A stretch of DNA of 64,000 nucleotides. Source: Phormidesmis sp. Lineage in GTDB: Bacteria; Cyanobacteriota; Cyanobacteriia; Leptolyngbyales; Leptolyngbyaceae. The position numbers and the translations under genes are program-made. Below, one piece after another: positions 58,321 through 64,000 of the stretch. Position 1 is the first letter of the stretch, and each line of letters opens with the position of its first letter. Below the pieces are notes generated by a model. The model was given only the letters and a program-made list of their open reading frames with translations. It ran no database searches and was not told where the DNA came from. The stretch is from positions 576,001-640,000 of the forward strand of contig CBDFJR010000005.1 of NCBI GenBank assembly GCA_965248535.1, in the 5' to 3' direction.

Positions 58321-60394
58321 CTAAAGAGTTCTGGGGGAAAGGCAGACAACCCGAAAACCGAGGAATGTTGATTGCGATTCTCCGGCGAATTCCTGAGGCG
58401 ATTGGCAGAGCGGCAGAGAAGCGGATTGTAGTTCCACGAACCGCCGCGCAGGAGCCGATATTTGCTATCTCCAGCTTCCCAAACGCTGCCATCGGTAGGC
58501 TTTGCCTCACCAGAGGTGTTCGGAGCACCTTGATAATTATCATGCCAGCGATCGCTACACCATTCCCAAACATTTCCGTGCATATCGTACAGCCCAAACG
58601 CATTCGGTGAAAAGCTGCCCACATCGGTTGTTTGTTCTCGATAGATGTCCTTTGCACCTTTACCATAGGAACCTGAATAATACCTTCGTATATCCAGCCG
58701 TCGATAGTTTGCTAAATCGGTTGAAATCGTTTCGCCAAAGTGAAAAGGGGTCGTAGTGCCAGCGCGACAGGCATATTCCCATTCGGCTTCGCTGGGCAGA
58801 CGGTAAGAGTTTCCAGTTTTTTGAGTGAGCCGATCGCAAAACTCCACCGCTTCAAACCAGGAAATTTGCTCAACAGGTCGATTGGCTCCTTTAAAGTTTG
58901 ACGGATCTGGATTGAGGTCGTGATTAATTTTGGGGAGAGTGGCGATCGCCTGCCACTGCACCTGAGTGATGGCAAATTTGCCCATGTAAAAAGGAGCGAT
59001 CGTCACTGAATGCTGCGGATATTCATCAGAACTTGCGCCTTCTTCATCTTTGGCGGCTCCCATCTGAAACGAACCACCTGGAATAGAAACCATATCCAGA
59101 AAGACATTGTTGCCCAATGCTTCTCGGAAATATTCGGCTTTTGCGCGACGCGATCGCTTCACCAGTTCTAGTATTGCGTCCAAACAGACCAGAGGTTTGA
59201 ACCTCAAGTGTTACCACCTCAAACTCAAAGGTTGGGTTGGGTGGAGGAGAGGGAAGAGCAGAGGGAATTTGGGAGAAAGTTTCTAAGGGCGCGATCGCTT
59301 CATCGATCTGATCTAACACAACGTCGAGGGAGAAATCTGTCAAAATCTCAGCCTCGATCGGCTGCACATCTTCATCTCGCAAGCCTAAAACCAGTTGATA
59401 ATCCTGAAGTTCCGATCTGGTTTCTTTGCTGAGAGAAGATGTAGCTTGTATTTCTTCTAGAAATGCCTCTCGATAGTTGTCAAGCTTTTGCTGGAGTTCG
59501 CGGTAAGGTTTCAGTTCGGCAGCCTCGATCGCTGATGCTGAAGCGATCGATACCCCTGTTTTACGAGCAATTTCTCTCAGCGTTCTGATCACAAACCCGA
59601 AAGCTTGCCATTTTTAAGTCGTTTCTGAACTTCTTTGCGATAGTTGCGTAAGGGATCGCTAATCGGCGCTTTCGCCAACAAAATCTTTTCGCCATCTTGA
59701 ACACATAGCGCTCAGGCTGCATCGCTGGAGCGGCTTTATGAACCTGCTCTCTCACATAATCGTGCAGTTCATTCACCGAAACAGCACCATCACCATCCAA
59801 ATCTGCCGCCCCGGTTTGAATGCCCTCCACCAGATAGCGCGTATAAATCGCCAGTTCCTCTCCCTCTCGCTCAAAGGAATATTCAGTTGCCGCCGAAGAA
59901 GTCAAAACAATTCTGCCACGACCGCCCAACTGTTGCCGAAAGTCGATCGTGCTGCCAGCATCTCTAGCCCTCATGCCCTCTGGAAACGCCCCACTGTGGC
60001 AGCAGTCTAAAATGACCACTTGCCGCTCTGAGTCGCAGTTTTCCATCAGGTCATGCACAAACCCCGCCTCGACCACCGTTGCTTTATTGAGCCTGCCTGC
60101 CTTTTGCGTGTCGCAGTTGGTCAGGAAAAATTTGCCATACTCATCTGTCACCCCATGCCCAGAAAAATAGAGCAAAACCAGATCATCGGAGTCGCGATCG
60201 CTAAATAAAGCTGCGATCGCGCTCCGCATCTCCAGCAGTCCAGGATTCGGTAGCGGCCTGACATCATCAAACGCCCCAAACTCTGGATGCTGCAAGACGC
60301 GCTGCATCGCCTCAATGTCTCTAACCGCCGCAGGCAAAGAATTGAGTCCCGGCTGATAGTCACTCACTCCAATCAACAAAGCAACCTTAGTCAT
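58321..60394 (-). CDS. Caspase-like (C14) peptidase fused to an FGE-sulfatase/SUMF1 domain (about four apparent frameshifts)
   Basis: KVALLIGVSDY, YFSGHG, ILDCCHSG; helical linker; RLPSEAEWEYACRAG, NAFGLYDMHGNVWEWC, RGGSW; terminal GFRVVC...TAG in a shifted frame ending at 58321. Breaks near 59700, 59592, 59162 and 58370. Confidence 0.82.
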
Positions 60395-60405
60395 CGATCT
60401 ACTGC

Positions 60406-60777
60406 TTATTTAATTTGCGCCAGCCGTTGAATCGTCTCCTCTGCCGCCAACAGTTCGGCTCTACTGCTAGCTTCAAACTCAAACTCTCGCCCATCGGGAA
60501 ACTTGGCTTTGCCTTTGATCGGCTTATCTCCAAGACGATCGCCCAAAAACCCAAACAACGTTTTAACACTTTTGGTACTGACCTCAGCTTGAAGCAAACC
60601 CCACAGAAAAGCCCCGATCGCTCGACTCCCTTCTGGCAGATTGGGGTCAGAAACGCGATCGACCTTGACTCCCTGAATTTTTTTCATTTGTTCCCAGAGA
60701 GTCTGAGTCAGTTTTTCTTGTTTTGCGACGCTGGTTGAATCTTGAAAGTCGATCGTCAGTTCAATCTGATCCATCAT
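60406..60777 (-). CDS. EACC1-like small protein (effector-associated constant component)
   Basis: EKLTQTLWEQM...PEGSRAIGAFLWGLLQAEV...GFLGDRLGDKPI; 11 bp upstream of the caspase gene. Confidence 0.7.
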   Translation of the reverse strand: MMDQIELTIDFQDSTSVAKQEKLTQTLWEQMKKIQGVKVDRVSDPNLPEGSRAIGAFLWGLLQAEVSTKSVKTLFGFLGDRLGDKPIKGKAKFPDGREFEFEASSRAELLAAEETIQRLAQIK

Positions 60778-60865
60778 GGCCAAATCTAGGTAGGGGTACT
60801 GAACTGAATTCTAACCTTTGCCAACCAAAAGACTTTGAGCCGCCCAAACCAATTCATCCACCCAC

Positions 60866-60897
60866 AAAAAAGGCTCTCGCTTTGACACGAGAGCCTC
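60866..60897 (-). terminator. Intrinsic terminator of psbDC
   Basis: Minus strand AGGCTCTCG-TGTCAAAG-CGAGAGCCT-TTTTT. Confidence 0.85.
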
Positions 60898-60926
60898 AAA
60901 TTAGAGTTATTCAGCCAATCTCAACG

Positions 60927-62312
60927 TTAGTCAAGGTTAGGCATAGACAACACGGGTTCAGACTCGCGATTGATTCCCCGTTCAAAGCCAGCCACGGCTG
61001 CACGAGCACGGCCCGCGTGCCACAGGTGACCCACCAAGAAAAAGAATCCCATCACAAAGTGGAACGAAGCCAACCAAGCGCGAGGAGACACATAGTTAAA
61101 GGAGTTGATCTCCGTCGCTACGCCACCCACCGAGTTGAGAGAACCCAACGGTGCATGAGTCATATACTCAGCCGCCCGACGAGCCTGCCAAGGTTGAATG
61201 TCATTCTTAATCTTGTTCAGATCAAGACCGTTCGGCCCACGCAGAGGCTCTAACCAAGGGCCCCGGAAATCCCAAAAGCGCATGGTCTCACCACCAAAGA
61301 TGATTTCACCCGTCGGCGATCGCATCAGGTATTTACCCAGACCCGTAGGGCCTTGAGCAGACCCAACGTTTGCACCCAAGCGCTGGTCACGCACCAAGAA
61401 GGTCATAGCCTGAGCTTGAGACGCTTCAGGGCCTGTGGGGCCATAAAACTCACTCGGATAAGCCGTGTTGTTAAACCAGACAAAGCAAGAAGCCACAAAG
61501 CTCATCAGAGACAACGCACCAATGCTGTAGGAGAGATAAGCCTCACCCGACCAGACAAGAGCGCGACGCGCCCAACCAAACGGCTTGGTTAAGATGTGCC
61601 AGATGCCGCCAGCAATGCAGATTAGACCCAGCCAGATGTGACCTCCGACAATATCTTCGAGGTTGTTGACGCTGACAATCCAGCCATCGCCACCAAACGG
61701 AGACTTGATCAGATAGCCAAAGATGATAGCGGGATTAAGAGTCGGATTGGTCACAACCCGAACATCTCCGCCGCCCGGTGCCCAAGTGTCATATAGCCCA
61801 CCGAAGGCCATCGCCTTAGCTACCAACAGCAGCGCGCCCACACCCAATAGGATCAGGTGATAGCCGATGATGTTGGTCATCTGGTTTTTATCTTTCCAGT
61901 CATAGCCAAAGAAGCTGGAATATTCTTCTAGCGTTTCAGGGCCGCGAACCGCGTGATAAATGCCGCCAAAGCCCAGAACCGCCGAAGAAATCAGGTGCAA
62001 AACACCGACTACAAAGTAAGGAAAAATGTCAATGACTTCGCCGCCAGGGCCCACGCCCCAACCTTGAGATGCCAGGTGAGGAAGCAAGATCAAGCCCTGC
62101 TCATACATCGGCTTCTCGGGGATAAAGTGAGCGACCTCAAACAAGGTCATCGCTCCAGCCCAAAACACAATCAGACCTGCGTGAGCGACGTGTGCGCCCA
62201 GCAGTTTACCAGAGAGATTGATGAGGCGGGCGTTACCAGACCACCAGGCAAATCCTGAGGATTCCTGGTCGCGATTGCCCGCTACGATCGAACTATTAGA
62301 GAGCGTTACCAC
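60927..62312 (-). CDS. psbC: Photosystem II CP43 protein
   Basis: [37 protein letters not shown] start overlapping the psbD 3' end. Confidence 0.98.
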   Translation of the reverse strand: MVTLSNSSIVAGNRDQESSGFAWWSGNARLINLSGKLLGAHVAHAGLIVFWAGAMTLFEVAHFIPEKPMYEQGLILLPHLASQGWGVGPGGEVIDIFPYFVVGVLHLISSAVLGFGGIYHAVRGPETLEEYSSFFGYDWKDKNQMTNIIGYHLILLGVGALLLVAKAMAFGGLYDTWAPGGGDVRVVTNPTLNPAIIFGYLIKSPFGGDGWIVSVNNLEDIVGGHIWLGLICIAGGIWHILTKPFGWARRALVWSGEAYLSYSIGALSLMSFVASCFVWFNNTAYPSEFYGPTGPEASQAQAMTFLVRDQRLGANVGSAQGPTGLGKYLMRSPTGEIIFGGETMRFWDFRGPWLEPLRGPNGLDLNKIKNDIQPWQARRAAEYMTHAPLGSLNSVGGVATEINSFNYVSPRAWLASFHFVMGFFFLVGHLWHAGRARAAVAGFERGINRESEPVLSMPNLD

Positions 62313-63355
62313 GGGGAAGAACCTCTTCAGGGAATACAAATTTTTCGTGGGGCTGGTCTTGAGAAGCCATCCAAGCGCGGATGCCCTCGTTCAACAAAAT
62401 GTTCTTCGTGTAGAACGTTTCAAATTCCGGGTCTTCCGCCGCCCGCAGTTCTTGGGAGACGAAATCATACGCCCGCAGGTTTAGCGCCAAACCAACGATG
62501 CCCACCGATGCCATCCACAACCCCGTCACCGGGACAAACAGCATGAAAAAGTGCAGCCAACGCTTGTTGGAGAAGGCAATCCCAAAAATCTGTGACCAGA
62601 AGCGGTTTGCCGTCACCATCGAGTAGGTTTCTTCACTCTGGGTGGGGTTGAACGCCCGGAAGGTGTTGGCGTTTTCGCCGTCTTCAAACAGGGTGTTCTC
62701 CACCGTCGCGCCGTGGATGGCGCACAGCAATGCGCCGCCCAAGATGCCCGCCACGCCCATCATGTGGAACGGGTTGAGGGTGAAGTTGTGAAACCCTTGG
62801 ATGAACAGAATGAATCGGAAGATGCCCGCTACGCCGAAGCTCGGAGCAAAGAACCAACTCGACTGTCCCAACGGGTACATCAAGAAGACGGAGACGAAGA
62901 CGGCGATCGGGCCGGTGAAGGCGATGGCGTTGTAGGGACGGATGCCGACAAGGCGGGCAATCTCTAGCTGCCGCAGACAGAAGCCAATCAAGCCAAAGGC
63001 TCCGTGCAGGGCGACAAACGCCCACAGACCGCCGATTTGGAACCAGCGAGTCAGGTCGCCTTGGGCTTCAGGGCCCCACAACAGCAAGCAGGGAGTGCCC
63101 CATGCTGTCGGCGGGGGTGGAGACGGCGACGGTGAGAAAGTTGGCTCCTTCGAGGTAGGAGGAGGCCAAGCCGTGGGTGTACCACGAGGTGACGAAGGTG
63201 GTGCCAGTCATCCAGCCGCCCACGGCCAAAAAGGCGCAGGGGAACAGCAGAAGCCCAGACCAGCCGATGAAGACGAAGCGATCGCGTTTCAACCAGTCGT
63301 CGAGTGCGTCAAATACGCCTCGGCTTGGTTGCGCGCGCCCAACTGCTATGGTCAT
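62296..63355 (-). CDS. psbD: Photosystem II D2 protein (one apparent frameshift near 63086)
   Basis: MTIAVG...[16 protein letters not shown]...MGHSLL, then LWGPEAQGD...[10 protein letters not shown] in the next frame. Confidence 0.96.
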
Positions 63356-63645
63356 AAATTAAGCCCTCTAGGTTTACTAAAAGTGCAGGTTCTCTAGAGT
63401 GAACGCGTTTATATGTTTATTTATAATATGAGAAATCAGAAATTTTACAAAGCGAAACGTGTCGTCTCAGCAAAAATTTTGTCAATTTTGAGCAGATTCG
63501 CCTGTCTTAATCAGGATCATGCCCTTTGAGGGCCGATGAGTTTCTGAGATCGCGTTCCCCGCTAGGTAGGTTTACTGACCAAACGTGACAAACCGTTATC
63601 TAGCGTCACGATCGCCTAAGTTCAGGTTCAGTGAGCAAATCCGAA

Positions 63646-64000
63646 CTAAAGCCCAATCTCTAGCTGCTGAGTCGGATCGGGGAATTCAGCTTGACTGGGT
63701 TTTTCGCTGCGGCCGCCCTTGCGGAGACCAACGGCAATTTTGCTGTGCTTTTCGATCTGACTCATCACCTGACGCGCCCGTTGAATCACCGAAGACGGCA
63801 ACCCTGCCAGCCGCCCCGCCTCAATGCCATAGGAGCGATCGGCACCGCCCGGCTGCACTCGGTGCAAAAAGATGATTTGATCGGGCAGTTCTTTAACCGT
63901 CACCTGATAGTTGGCAACGTTGGGCAAAATTGAGGCTAGCTCATTGAGTTCGTGATAGTGGGTTGCAAAAATAGTCCGGGCGCGAATTTCGGTCGCTAAA
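63646..64000 (-). CDS. mutS: DNA mismatch repair protein MutS, 3' end (5' part outside the window)
   Basis: [12 protein letters not shown]...[18 protein letters not shown]. Confidence 0.93.
   Translation of the reverse strand, partial: LATEIRARTIFATHYHELNELASILPNVANYQVTVKELPDQIIFLHRVQPGGADRSYGIEAGRLAGLPSSVIQRARQVMSQIEKHSKIAVGLRKGGRSEKPSQAEFPDPTQQLEIGL

Larger units (their letters stand above)
1..64000. repeat. HIP1 octamer GCGATCGC (and core CGATCG) highly iterated throughout the window
   Basis: Many copies seen by eye (e.g. 4974, 12805, 12839, 13577, 24531, 57247); a known cyanobacterial genomic signature. Confidence 0.95.

Noticed and set aside
62296..63355. psbD as a true pseudogene or programmed frameshift
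   Set aside because: The protein is otherwise fully conserved, there is no slippery heptamer, and similar one-base insertions recur across the window.
1..64000. CRISPR array, rRNA, transposase or integrase genes
   Set aside because: No regularly spaced repeat-spacer series and no recognisable rRNA, DDE/HUH transposase or recombinase ORF was seen.

Overview
Chromosomal window from a cyanobacterium. Evidence: psbA, psbD/psbC, raf1, sasA, desB and very abundant HIP1 GCGATCGC/CGATCG sites; a filamentous Leptolyngbyaceae-like host is my inference only. Most of it is core metabolism: the end of an exopolysaccharide export cluster, frmA-fghA, desB, an srx/dps oxidative-stress cluster, tocopherol genes, cobA/hemD, sasA, tldD, coaE, raf1, tRNA-Ala(GGC), metF, trpS, thrB, pmgA, a three-gene clp operon, an SNF2 helicase, pnp, psbDC and the 3' end of mutS. 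Two accessory pockets stand out. At 11.5-13.6 kb there are two ParDE toxin-antitoxin (TA) pairs and a DUF2283 gene, with the first ParDE pair bracketed by about 90-110 bp direct repeats. At 57.2-60.8 kb a PIN-toxin TA pair is bracketed by two copies of a 70-bp palindromic element and sits behind a fossil hicAB junction; it is followed by a composite REP/MITE-like element and an EACC1-like plus caspase-FGE-sulfatase conflict module. Other candidates are a PlsY-like/dikinase-like fusion co-oriented with the tocopherol genes, a tandem pair of STAND-like ATPases beside the tRNA, a second inactive ClpR-like subunit, and an unannotated, broken barstar-like gene. Many genes, including psbD and raf1, carry single-base frameshifts that look like sequencing errors. 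No CRISPR array, rRNA, transposase or integrase is visible. All family assignments come from motif recognition, not from database searches.
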